Positions 1-12,334 of a stretch of 64,000 bases of DNA are shown one piece after another. The stretch spans positions 113,648,001 through 113,712,000 of the forward strand of contig NC_086108.1 in NCBI RefSeq assembly GCF_963921235.1. The letters run 5' to 3'. Source of the DNA: Mobula hypostoma. Taxonomy: Eukaryota. Made by a program: the position numbers and the translations under genes. The number at the start of each line of letters is the position of its first letter. Within the stretch, counting starts at the first letter, position 1. The notes below the pieces were generated by a model. The model had not been told where the DNA came from. It saw nothing but the letters and a program-made list of their open reading frames with translations, and searched no databases.

Positions 1-3000
1 GTCGTGGAATTGTTGTCCGCTGTCCGCTGTGCCCTCCGTTCAGCTCTGCGCTCCTCAAACTGACTCAGGGTCACTCTTTCGCCTCGCTCTAGGTGTTGCT
101 GAAGAGTACCTCGCCATTTGTTGCAGTCATCTGCTGTATCCTCCCAGCACTCTGTATTGATTTTTAAGGTTTTCATGTCATGCTTGCAGAGGTCCTTGAT
201 GTGAAGCTGGGGTCTACCAACATTCCTCTTGCCTGTTGCTGGTTCACCGTAGAGGATGTCCTCTGGCAGTCTACCATCCTTCGTACGAGGGCCGTAGCCC
301 AGCCAGCGCAGTCGGCGTTGTCTTAAAAGCGTGGACATTGTGGGAAGTCCAGCGCGGGAGAGGACCTCAGAGTTTGGGACTTTGTCTCTCCAGGTGACTC
401 CGAGGATGCGGCGAAGGCTGCGCAGGTGAAAACTATTGAGTTTCCTCTCCTGCTTGGAGTAGATGGTCCAAGTCTCGCTACCATACAGGAGGGTGCTGAT
501 AACGCATGGATTGTACACAGCAGTCTTGGTCTTTGTAGCGAGTTTCTGATTCTCCCAGACCTACGAGGAGAGTCGAGCAAGGATGGATGCTGCTTTGCTG
601 GTACGCTTATTAATTTCAGCATCGAGGGAGAGAGTGTTGCTAATAGTCAACCCCAAGTATGTGAACTCATGGACCACTTCGAGATCGTAATTGTTGATGG
701 TAATGACTGGTGTCTCCACTACATTCTAGGCAAGGACATTTGTTTTCTTTCAGCTGATGGTAAGCCCGAAGTCCGTGCATGCCTTAGAGAAGCGGTCCAT
801 GACAGTTTGTAATTGCTGTTTGGTGTGCGAGGTTACAGCAGCGTCATCAACAAAGAGCATGTCACGTATTAAGATCTTTCGCACCCTTGTTCTTGCTCTC
901 AGGCACACAGGGTTGAACAGCCGCCCATCAGACCTGGTGTGTATGTAGGTGCCTTCTGTTGACATCCCAAATGCGTGCTTCATAGCAGAGAGAAGAAGAT
1001 GCTGAATAATGTTGGGGCCAACAGGTAACCCTGTTTGACTCCACTACAAATAGCGAAGGGTTCTAATGAGCTGCCACGGTACTGAACAGTAGCCCTCAAG
1101 TCGTCGTGGAATGACTTGATGATACTTTGGAGTTTCGGGGGACAGCCGATCTTGAGGAGAATCTGAAAGAGCCCATCCCTGCTGACAAGGTCGAACGCCT
1201 TGGTCAAGTCGATGAAAGCGACATAGAGGGATTTCTGTTGTTCCCCGCACTTCTCTTGGAGTTGATGGAGTGAGAAAATCATTTTGACAGTTGACCTCCT
1301 TGCGTGAAAACCACTTTGGGAGCCAGGGTAAACCCATTCTGCCAGAGTTACACGAGCAAAGGCTTTGCCGACAATACTCTGGAGGGAGATACCCCTGTAG
1401 TTGTTGCAGTCACTCCTATCACCCTTGTTCTTGTACAAAGTGACGATTTTGGAGTTGCACATATCCTGTGGTACGGCTCCTTCCTTCCAGCACTGATGGA
1501 GGACCTCATGTAAAGGTTGGAGGAGTGAGCTCTTGCAGTGTTTGATCAGGTCTGGAGGAATCCCATCATTGCCAGCAGCTTTCCCTGGGGCCAGACTATC
1601 AATTGCCTTGCTGAGGTCCTCAGTGGTTGGTTCGGAGTCGAGTTCATCCATGACTGGTAGACAATTGATGGCATCAATGGCTGAGCTAACAACATTTTCC
1701 CTCGAGTAGAACTCGGAGTAGTGTTCTACCCAGCGTTCCATCTGCTTACTTTTATCCATGATTATTTCACCGCTGGATGACTACAGGGGTGCTGTCTTGC
1801 TCTGTGATGGGCCAAGGGCCTTCTTGATACCATCATACATCGATCTGATGTTGCCTGTTACAGCTGATGGCAGAATGTCCTCACTGAGCTGCACCCAGTA
1901 CTCATTTGCGCACTGCCTTGCAGTCAGCTGCACTTTGCTTCCAGCAGCTCGAAGTGCCTGGAGTGTTTGGTCGGATGGTGAGCGCTTGTACTCTGTGAGA
2001 GCTGCACGCTTGGCTTCGATGACAGGAGTCATGATGTTGGACTTTGCCTCAAACCAGTCACTGCTCTGTGTGGTCTTTTTTCCAAAGATAGAGAGTGCTG
2101 ATTCGTGGATGGTGTTGCGAAGGTATGACCATTGTTCTGTTGCAGTACCTCTTTGTGAGGAGGTAGTCATAGCACCCTGTACTGACTTGGCAAACTGGTC
2201 AACCTTTTCTGACTGTTTCATCTCTGTTGTGTTGATGCGAGGTATTCCAGTTTGTTTGGAGTGGTGGATTTTCTTTGAATGTAGTTTGATCTTGCAGCAT
2301 GATCCGTATCGCAGTCTGCACTGTGGTGTGAGCGGGTGATTAGTACAGAAATGATGAAAGAGCGCTTGGTGATGATCATGTCTAGTTGGTGCCAGTGTGG
2401 ATGTCACCATGAGACCTTGTACTGCGACTTTGTCTGAAAGTAGGAGTTAGTTACACACAGGCTGTGATAGGAGCAGAACTCCAGGAGACGTTGCCCATTG
2501 TCATTTATTTTGCCAATTCCGAAGTGGCTAACACAAGACGGCCAGCAATCGTTATCGGCTCCCACTCTGGCGTTGAAGTCACCAAGGAGAATGAGGTGCT
2601 CATCACTGGGAATATTCCTGACAACAGCATGTCTTTTGCCTCAGAGGTGGAGTTCAAGGCATACACACTGTCGAGAGATACTGGGCCATGACTGGTGTGT
2701 AGGCAGAGAGTCATAAGTCGTTCTGATCCATTTTCTGGTGGCTCCACCGTTTGAAACAAGGAGTTCCTAACAGCAAAACCCACTCCATGCTGGCGGGGCT
2801 CATTTTGGTTCTTTCCCTGCCAGAAAAATGTGTAGTCCCTTTCCTTCAGTGTACCTGAATCCGCCAAACGTGGTTCTTGTAGGGTAGCTATATCTACCTT
2901 GAGCCTTAGTAGCTCATTGTTAATAACCGCTGTTTTTCGTGCATCTTCGATATCCTTGAGGTTATGGTCAAGTCCAGTCAACATTGTGCGGACATTCCAA

Positions 3001-3470
3001 CATCCCAACTTGAGGGGTGTTGTCTTATTCATTTGTTTTCTTTCTTGTCTGGTGCAGTAGTTACAGTCAGCTCTTCCTGGAATAACCCATTATCCCAATG
3101 TCAGGAAGACTGACTGTGGCGGGACAACACCTTACTGGCTGGGGGCTGCCCAGCTTGAGGCTGGCGGTAGCTGTCCATTGAAATGTGATGGGTCTCTCCC
3201 ACCGTTGGAAGCAACCCCTGGCGCCATGCTGTACGCCAATCAAGCATTATGACTTATAACCGGTAACTGCTGCTTCCCGTGTTTGTCCGACGCTATAAAG
3301 CGAAGCTGGAGTGGCCTGTCCAGGGCACAAGCCAGGGCAGTTGATAAGGAGATCCGTCTGTTGCCCATGCAGTGGGACCCCCCTCTCCATGCTGATGACA
3401 GGTCCAAAGTAACAACTAAAGTCAATACAGTTTGGTGCCAGCAGCATCGCAGGAATTGCCGTTGTACGTT
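1..3470 (-). mobile_element. RTE-clade LINE (AviRTE-like), 5' UTR plus disrupted APE-RT ORF; 3' end runs off the window
   Basis: ORF pieces 2505-3032 (GCWNVRTM...DARKTAVINNEL...LQEPR, APE endonuclease), 1781-2410, 980-1759 (YRGISL, FIDLTKAFD, GVKQG) and 750-983 (LFVDD); several frameshifts and stops. Confidence 0.9.
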
Positions 3471-3497
3471 TGTACAGTCAGATGACAATAAACCTGA

Positions 3498-3786
3498 AAC
3501 ATAGAAATAGGTGCAGGAGTAGGCCATTCGGCCCTTCGAGCCTGCACCACCATTCAGTACGATCATGGCTGATCATCCAACTCAGAACCCTGTACCTGCC
3601 TTCTCTCCATACTCCCTGATCCCTTTAGCCACAAGGGCCATATCTAACTCCCTCTTAAGTATAGCCAATGAACTGGCCTCAACTGTTTCCTATGGCAGAG
3701 AATTCCACAGATTCACCACTCTCTGTGTGAAGAAGTTTTTCCTCATCTCGGTCCTAAAAGGCTTCCCCTTTATCCTCAAACTGTGA
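3498..3786 (-). mobile_element. CR1 LINE 3' fragment, young subfamily
   Basis: Near-identical to 53541-53830; ends in the CR1 short-repeat tail (ttctatgtttc on -). Confidence 0.85.
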
Positions 3787-4171
3787 ACTTGTACTTGAAG
3801 TACGGCCTTGGAGTGCCTTCATTCACTGGTTGTACAATCTTTGGGGTTGGAAAAATTTATTATCCACTATTTGTTCCAGAACCATTTGTTCAACAAAACA
3901 AAGATATTGTCCATTTAATGCTGGAGGTGGGAAGCCAAGACAATGACGATGAAATGCCTGGTAGAAGTACTGGCACGAGTGCTGTGAGCATGGTCCTGTG
4001 CCACAAACAGTAGCAGGTGTGGAGGGTGGCAGGCATGAAAAATTGGCCTTAAAACCTTCAGGAACATATTCAGCCTAACAATCTTCTTCAACAAAACCCA
4101 TGGTATTGCTGGGATTTTAAAAATAAAGCCGCATATCATTTTGTTACCTGAGACCATCTCCACTGCGGTGT

Positions 4172-4440
4172 ATGGGGTGTCCAGGGAGGGGTAGCTACTA
4201 TGGTGAAGGGGCTTGTTGTGTCCATTCCAGGGCAGTTCATTCACCTTTGGTCCCCACCGGACACTTACCTCTCACCTTTGGCGCCAAGTCGCAGTTTGGA
4301 TGTGACAGTGACCACACCCTGGAACACCACTTCGACAGGTAGGCTGAACCAAGTGAGGGTAGCCAGCGGGTATCATACCCTGGTGAGATAGGGACATGCC
4401 CATCCTAGAATGTGAAGTCAGCTCTGGCACACAACGGACA
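4172..4440 (+). mobile_element. Probable RTE-type 5' UTR-derived non-autonomous element
   Basis: ggtgaaggggcttgttgtgtcc and downstream GC-rich sequence resemble RTE/Expander-type 5' UTRs (from memory); no ORF. Confidence 0.35.
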
Positions 4441-4484
4441 ACCACCACATTTTTTAGCCGGTGTTCTAGGTTTGAAGTACTCAC

Positions 4485-4573
4485 CCATATTTGCTTGGTG
4501 ATGTGGGATGCAATATCCTTGGCATCAAGAACAATTGACAGAGGAAGAGATGAAACCTCAGCAGCTTTTAAAC
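4485..4573 (-). CDS. MSH4: MSH4 internal coding exon (about exon 19), 89 nt
   Basis: aaag|GT TTA AAA...ATA TGG|gtgagt = (G)LKAAEVSSLPLSIVLDAKDIASHITKQIW; C-terminal helix-turn-helix region of MutS proteins. Confidence 0.95.
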
Positions 4574-4777
4574 CTTTTATATAAAAAATATCAAAAAGAC
4601 ATTTGGTCAACTCAGGTATCACAGAGCAACTGATTGTGAATTTCGGAACTATGTCACATTAGGCTCAGCTGACAATGAACTATTCAAACTGAGTTACAGC
4701 AGTCTATAGGTAACTACACAGTACATTCACTAACATGGCTGTAACTTTAGTTACATCAATGACTATTATTACAAATG

Positions 4778-5100
4778 GGCCTGGATAGAGTGGACGTGGA
4801 GAGGATGTTTCCTATAGTGAGAGAGTTAAGGACCAGATGGCAGAATAGAGGGATATCCATTTAGAACAGAGATGAGGGGAATTTCTTTAGCCAAAGAGTG
4901 GTGAATCTGTGGAATTCATTGCCACAGATGTCTCTGGAGGCCAAGTCATTGGGTATATTTAAAGCGGAGGTTGGTGTGAGGGTATCGAAGATTACATGAA
5001 GAAGGCAGTAGAATGGGATAAGAAGGATAAAAAATCAGCCATGATAGAAAGGCGGAACAGACTCCATGAACCAAATGGATTAATTCTGTTCCTATGTCAT
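4778..5100 (+). mobile_element. CR1 LINE 3' fragment
   Basis: LDRVDVERMFP...FFSQRVVNLWNSLP remnants plus CR1 3' UTR. Confidence 0.8.
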
Positions 5101-5264
5101 AGAAATGTGAGCTCTTTAAAAAAAGAAGCTCTTACAATAAAGGTATTGCTGGCAAGGTAATCTATAGATCATCTATAGATATAGAACAGTACAGTAAAGG
5201 AACAAGTCCTACAGCCCACAGAGATATGCTCAACCCTCTCAGGCTGAAAAAAGTCCATTTTCCA

Positions 5265-5955
5265 CTCCCCCCCCATCCTCACCACATTCTACAGAGGATG
5301 TATCGAGAGCATCCTGAGCGGCTGCATTACTGCCTGGTTTGGAAATTACACCATCTCGGATCGCAAGACCCTGCAGCGGATAGTGAGGTCAGCTGAAGGG
5401 ATCATCGGGGTCTCTCTTCCCGCCATTACAGACATTTACACCACACGCTGCATCCGCAAAGCTAACAACATTGTGAAGGACCCCATGCACCCCTCATACA
5501 AACTCTTCTCCCTCCTGCCATCTGGCAAAAGGTACCAAAGCATTTGGGCTCTCACGACTAGACTATGTAACAGTTTCTTCCCCCAAGCCATTAGACTCCT
5601 CAATTCCCAGAGTCTAGTCTGACACCAGCCTACACACACACACAACTGAGCACCACTCCACTCCCTTTGCAATTTTTGCTCATTTCTTTCTCAATTCCTG
5701 CTAAAACATTGTTTACATTTACATCATTTATTATTATATTGTAATTTGTCCTTTACTGTGCCTATTGTCTTGTTTATTAATTATTGTACTGTCTTGTGCA
5801 CTTTATGTAGTCCCATGTAGGCCTGAAGTCTAGTGTAGTTTTGTGTTGTTTCATGTAGCACCATGGTCCTGGAGGAACGTTGTTTGTTTTTACTGTGTAC
5901 TGTACCAGCAGTTATGGTTGAAATGACAATAAAACCGACTTGAATTGAACTTGAA
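5265..5955 (+). mobile_element. Rex1/Babar-type LINE 3' fragment (DUF1891-like C-terminus)
   Basis: FYRGCIESILSGCITAWFG...HPSYKLFSLLPSGKRY...NSFFPQAIRLLN; tail (ttgaa)n. Confidence 0.8.
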
Positions 5956-6019
5956 CCCCATTCTCGTGCCTTCTTCATGTAACCTTTGACACCCTCACAT
6001 CAACCTCCGCTTTAAATTG

Positions 6020-6545
6020 GTCATTTAACTACCAATTAAAAGATGACTAAACTAGACCCTTCTGCCTATACAAGTCTGTATCTCTCCATATTCAAGTCCT
6101 TATCTAAGAGCCTCTTAAAGTACTATTGTGTGTGTCTCCATCACCAGGCTTGGCAGCACATTCTATTCACCTACTAATCTCTGTGTAAAACCTTGCCCCA
6201 TATATGTCCTTTAACTTAACCCCTCTTACATCAATTACATGCACTCTAGTATCAGATATTTTGACCCTGGAGAAAAGGTATTCTATACATCCCTCTCATG
6301 ATCTCATAAACTTCTCCCAAGTCTCCCCTCTGCTTTTGATGCTCCAGAGTAAACAAACCAAGTTTGTTCAACCTCTCCTTTAGTCATGTCTTCTAAAGCA
6401 GGAAGCATTCTGGAAATCCTCTTCTTGCACCCTCTCCAAAGCCTATAATGGGGCAACCAAAATTCAAAGCAACACTCCAGATATAGTCTAACCGGACTTT
6501 TGTAAAGCCGCCACATATTTTCCCGATTCTCAAGCTCAATACTTT
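6020..6545 (-). mobile_element. Decayed CR1 LINE 3' fragment
   Basis: ORF 6304-6516 LYKSPVRLYLECCFEFWLPHYR, a degenerate form of LYKTLVRPHLEYCVQFWSPHYR. Confidence 0.75.
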
Positions 6546-7810
6546 GACGTTATTCTGAATTCTTCACTAATTCAGGAGAAAATTAAGAGGAGGTGCCCAG
6601 TTGCTCTGTTGAGCCTGCTTTGCAAGGAGATGGTAGTGAAAGAGGACTTGATGCCTATGCTATTCCACTTGGTGAAGCTGCTCTCAGAATGTTACGGGGT
6701 ATTGGTGGGAGAGGTGGAAGTAGAAGTCCCGATACTTAGTCTCAGCAACAATAAAGAAATAGCAATAGATTTCAGGTCAGAATGGTCTGTGGCTTGATGG
6801 GGAATATTCAGGCGGTGGTATTCCCAAATTCTTGCCACCCTTGTCCTTCTAGACCAGGGGTTTTCAAACATTTTTATGCCATTTTGCAATACCATTAAGC
6901 AAGGAGTCTGTGGACTCTCGGTTGGAAACACTTTTTTAAACAATTAACATTGCTAGTTTCAGAGCTGCTGTTGAAGAAATTCTGGCTAGTTACTCAGGTA
7001 CTGGAGCTGGAACACTTGAATGTTTATAGATCTACAATAAGCTTAGGCATCAAGTTCTCTTGTCATTACATTTCCTTCCCACATTAAAAAAAAATTCTTG
7101 AGGAGCCTAATTCCTTAATTTCAGTTGCAATAGCTTTTCAATGTGGACACTGTTTTGGTGAGAGGTTACTTCACCAGGTTAGCACAATCCAAACACATTT
7201 TGTCTCGTCAGCTTTCTAGTTAAAGTTCTGCAACACAAAAACAGGTCCTTTGGCCCCACCAGCCCTTACTGGTCAAGATGATCCATCCAAACTAATCCCA
7301 TTTGCCAGCATTTGGCCCATATTCCTCTCTAAACCTTTCCTGTCCATGTAACTTTCCAACTGTCTTTACTGTTGGTATTCATCCACTTTCTCTGGCAGCC
7401 CATTCCACATAAATAGTACCCTTTGTGTAAAAAAGTTGTTCTTCTAGTTCCTATTAAATATGTCCCCTCTGGCCTCTAATTATTATTTCCCCCGACACTG
7501 GATAACTAGGAAACGGGAACCCCAGCATCGCACAAAAATTTGCTATCCTTTCTCCTGTTAAAAGTTGTTCTGAGGCAAATTTAGAACTGCTTTTGCTCAG
7601 ATCAGCTGTCTTAGTTCCATGAGCTATTGGATACATAAATCTACAATTTTATGGTCAATGTCTAGCAGGAAACAACATATGAAACAAAGACTCTCACAAA
7701 TTTCTACAGATATATCATAGAGAGCATTCTAACTGGTTGCGTCAATGTCTGGAATGGAGGGGCCATTGCATTGGATTGGACAAAGTTGCAGGTATTTGTA
7801 AACTCAGCCA

Positions 7811-7831
7811 GCGCGCGCGCGCGCACGCACG

Positions 7832-7864
<33 letters not shown>
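7811..7864. repeat. Compound (GC)n-(GCAC)n-(AC)n microsatellite
   Basis: Directly visible; 54 nt of uninterrupted purine-pyrimidine alternation. Confidence 0.95.
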
Positions 7865-7904
7865 CATAAAACCATGTTTTATGATGACTCAGAAGGGGGA
7901 GGAG

Positions 7905-10090
7905 GAAGAGATGCACTGAGGTGATAGATTAGTTAAGGGTATGGACAGTTGATTCTGTGGGCAAGAACGAGATTCGAGGATGGTATGTTGCTCGCGGATG
8001 CCAGGATCCAGGATATCTCGGACTGAGTCCTCAACATACTTTAGTGGGATGGTGAACAGTCAGATGTCACGGTCCATGTAGGTACCAATCACACTGGTAG
8101 GATGAGTGATGAGGTTCTGCATAGGGAGTTAGGTACTAAATTAAAGGGCAGGATTTCCAGGGTTGTGACCTCAGGATTGCTACCTGTGCCACAGGCTAGG
8201 AAGATTATATAGTTTAATATGTGGCTAAGGAATTAGTGTAGGAGGGAGGGCATGAAATTTTAGGATCCTCGAGCTTCCTTCAAGGGAAGGTGGGAACTGT
8301 ACAGAAGGGACGATTTGTACCTGAACTGGAGAGAGACTAATATCCTGGAGCGAAGGTTTGTTAATGCTGCACAGTGGGGTTTAAACTAGAGGGACGGGAA
8401 CCAGAGTGCCAGGCAGTTAGTGGACAGGTTGTGGAGAAAGATGTTGGTAAGACCTCAAAGTTGGGAATCAAAAAGTTGAGCCTAGTGCAACTAGTGCCGT
8501 ATATATTTCAGTGCAAGAAGTATTGTAGGAAAGGCTGAAGATGAGGTAGCTAGTTTATAAACAGAGGTAATGTGTAGTGAGGAGAGGCTGTTGATAAGAC
8601 AAAACTGCACAGTCGCAGCTTGGCAAGAATCATGGCTGAAAGATTATAGCTGGGAGCTTAATGTCCAAGGATTCACATTGTATCAAAAGGACAGGCAGGA
8701 AGCCAGAGGGGGCGGTGTTGCTCTGTTGGTAAAACAAAATCAACTCACTTCATTAGAAAGAGGTGACACAGGGTTGGAAGGTGTTGAATCATTGTGGATA
8801 GAGCTAAGTAACTGCAATGGTAAAAAGACCCTGATGGCAGTTGTATACAGACCCTCGAACAGTAGTAAGGGTCTAGCGTACAAATTACTACGAGAAATAG
8901 AAAATGTGTGCCAAAAGGGCAATGTTACAATAATCATGGAGGATTTCAGTATGGATAGACAAAGGAGAATCAGTTGATGTTGTGTACTTGGATATTCAGA
9001 AGGCCTTTGACAAGCTGCCACGCATGAGGCTGCTTAACAAGCTACAAGCCTAAAGTGTTAAAGGGAAGATAAAGCAGTGGCTGATTAGCAGGAGGCAAAG
9101 AGTGGGAATAAAAGGAGCCTTTTCTGGTTGGCTGCCAGTGACTAGTAGTGTTCATCGGGGTTTGTGTTGGGACCGATTCTTTTTACGTTTTACGTCAATG
9201 ATTTGGATGTTGGAATCGATGGCTTTGTTGCAAAGTTTGCAGACGATATGAAGATAGGTGGAGTGACAGGTAGTTTGGAGGAAGTAGAGAAACTGCAGAA
9301 GAGCATAGACAGATTAGGAAAATAGGCAAAAATTGGCAGATAAAATACAGTGTCAGGAAGTGTATGGTCATTCACTTTGCTAGGAGAAATGAAAGAGTTG
9401 ACTATTTTCTACAAGGAGAGAAAATAGAAAAACCTGAGGCTCAAAGGGACTTGGGAGTCCTAGTAAAGGATTCCCTAAAGGTTAATATACAGGTTGAGTC
9501 CATTGTGAGGAAGGTAAATGCAGTGTTAGCATTCATTTCAAGAGGACTAGAATATAAAAGCAAGGATGTAATGTTGAGACTTTATAAAAGCACTGGTGAG
9601 CCCTCTCTTGGAGTATTATTGAGCAGCTTTGCCTGTATCTTAGAAAGGATGTGCTGAAACTGGGGAGGGTTCAAAGGTTATTCACTAAAATAATTCCAGG
9701 ATTGAATGGCTTGTGGTATGAAGAGTGTTTGGTGGTTTTGGGCCTGTATTCACTAGAATTCAGAAGAATGAGGGATGACAAAATTGAAACCTATCAAATG
9801 GTGAAAGGCCTTGATAGAATGGATGTGAGATGATGTTTCCTATGATGGGAAAGTCCAAGACCAGAGGACACAGCCTCAGAATAGAATGGCATCCTTTTAG
9901 AATGAAGAGTGGTGAACCTGTGAAATTCTTTGCCACATGTGTATTTAAGGCAAAGGTTGATAGATTCTTGAAGGGATACAGTGAGAAGACAAAAGATTTG
10001 GGCTGAGAGGAAAATTGGATTAGCCATGATTAAAGGGCAGAGCAGACTCAATGAGCCAAATAGCTAAATTCTGTTTTATCTTAAAGCCTT
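7905..10090 (+). mobile_element. CR1 LINE, internally deleted: ORF1 esterase (SGNH-like) remnant, ORF2 endonuclease remnant and RT 3' part
   Basis: FCGQERDSRMVCC..VHVGTN (ORF1 esterase); QESWLK..DRQEARGGGVAL..ESLWIEL..VVYRP (APE); LDIQKAFDK, KFADDMKIGG, RDLGVLV (RT). Confidence 0.85.
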
Positions 10091-10672
10091 ATAAGATACA
10101 GGAGCAAAATTAGGCCATTCGGCCCATTGAGACTGCTCTGCCATTTCATATGGCTGATCCATTTCCCTCTCAACCTCATTCTTCTGCTTTCTTCCCTAAC
10201 CTCTCATGTCCTGAGTAGTCAAGAACCTATTAACCTCTGTCGTAAATACACCCAATGACTTGGCCTCCACAGCCTCTGTAGCGACAAATTCCAGATTCCC
10301 CACTCTCTGGCTAAAGAATTTCCTCCTCAACTCTGTTCTAAAAGGATGTCCCACTATTCTGAGGCTGTGCTCTCTGGTCCTAGATTCTCCCTCCAATGGA
10401 TACATCCTCTCCACATCTACCTAATCCAGGCTTTTCAACATTTGATAGGGTTCAATCAGATCCCCTCTCATTCTTCTAAATTCCAGCGAGCATAAGCCCA
10501 GAACGGTCAATTGCTCCTCATATGATTTCAGAATCCTTCTCCTGAACCTCCTTTGAACCCTCTCCAATGTCGGCACCTCCTTTCTTAAATAAAGGGCACA
10601 AAACTGCTCACAATACTGCAAGTGAGGCCTCACCAGTGCCTTATAAAACCTCAGTATTACATCCTTGCATAT
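10090..10672 (-). mobile_element. CR1 LINE 3' fragment, tail-to-tail with the preceding copy
   Basis: ORFs 10421-10696 and 10196-10414 (FYKALVRPHLQYC, EFRRMRGDLIE, FFSQRV). Confidence 0.85.
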
Positions 10673-10858
10673 ACATTTATACGTATAAAAACACATCTAC
10701 AGATACACAAACAACAGGAATTCTGCAGATGCTGGAAATTCAAGCAACACACATCAAAGTTGCTGGTGAACGCAGCAGGCCAAGCAGCACACACACACAC
10801 ATAAACACATATGCTCACACATGCATACACATATGCTCATACATGCACACATATACAT

Positions 10859-10887
<29 letters not shown>

Positions 10888-10889
<2 letters not shown>

Positions 10890-11688
10890 GTGGATTTTGG
10901 TTAATTGGGCCATCGGTTAATCAGGGTGGCTGTATATCTGGGACAACTAAGAGAAAAAATAATCAAGAAAATAGCTGGGGTTCCCTTTGTTTATCTGGGA
11001 CACGGTGCTACTTAATTGGGGTTGCCAAACAGTTTCTAACTAGTGTTAGTTGCTTGTGTGTTGTGTGAAAGTTAGACATTACACCATTTGAATAGCAGTT
11101 TTTAAATAGCATCAGTAGCATGTTTGTGTTCAAAAAGCAGTGATTTTTTTTATCACTGATAGTTGGCAAGTAATAAACTTTAAGACAATTCAGAACTGTT
11201 TTGCTTACAATGATTTCAAGCACTAAGGCTTGCAGATGGCATTAACGTCAGGCAGTGAAAATGAAACAATTTCATGACCTCAACAGATTAGGAACTATGA
11301 AGAATTTGAAGGTATTAAAAATCATCTTGAATGTTACAATGAAAGTGAAGATTTGGAGGATGAAATCACTGATAAAATTGTATGAAGGCAGTTCATTTTC
11401 TACACGAGGTGCACTGATTTTATTCACCTAGAGTCAATAAAAAGAATGCAGCACTGTACACAGGATGAGTTCCTCCATCAATAACAATTAGGAACTAATA
11501 TACCGTTTTAGAGTACTGTGGTAGTTTTGATGGAGTTCTAATTCTAATTTCTTCTAAGTACATAATTTGTTACTCAGTTTGTCATTTTTATACCTTTTTA
11601 ACTATTTCCATGAAATTTTGGCTAATTGGGGCAGCCGCTTAATTGGACCAAAATGTACTGATCACAGTGTCCCAATTAACTGGAATCC

Positions 11689-11692
<4 letters not shown>
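10888..11692. mobile_element. Tigger/pogo-type non-autonomous DNA transposon, 805 bp
   Basis: TIRs CAGTGGATTTTGGTTAATTGGG ... CCCAATTAACTGGAATCCACTG; related MITE at 43924-44186. Confidence 0.8.
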
Positions 11693-11725
<33 letters not shown>

Positions 11726-12334
11726 CTTATTGTAATTTATAGTTTCTTATTACGCATTGCAATGTACTGTTGGTGCAAAACAACGAATTTCATGACATAC
11801 GCCAGTGAATTTATGATCTAATTTAATGTCATAATGTAGTCTGATTGTGACACAAGCCAGGTGCATACCAGGGAGTAGTAGCAGAAGATTTTTGACTGTC
11901 ATATTTAGGCCATTTTCTCACAATGCTTCCTGTTCACAAGAAGTGAAAACATACTGTCGGTGACTTTGCACCTGATCCCTCAGAAACGTTGGAAATCCCC
12001 AATGGCTGCAGCACTGCCACTATCATAAGGGATGTTCAATAATGCAAGGCATCTAACAAAGGGAACAACTTCTCTATTTACCCATCTCAATTCAAAATCT
12101 GCAACAAATCTCCACTCAGTCTTTATTCATTTTCCCAACATAGTGTTTACATTATTGACAGATTTTTGATGAAGCAAGATCTTAAATGAACTCCACCATG
12201 GACAGCCCCAACCCTAGCTGCAAAAGGATGTTGGGCATCCCATAAAATCTCAGAGCAACACTAATAGAAGCTCCAGAGACCTTACTCCTGTGTGAGGAAG
12301 TATCTGTAATGAGCTACAGCTGGGGACAATTTTA

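Noticed and set aside
426..2339. Plus-strand ORFs 426-812 and 1758-2339 (128-193 aa)
   Set aside because: Antisense shadows of the RTE coding region; no independent protein signal
1..4484. MSH4 terminal exon
   Set aside because: No peptide like RAVYHLATRLVQTARNS found; presumably beyond the window start
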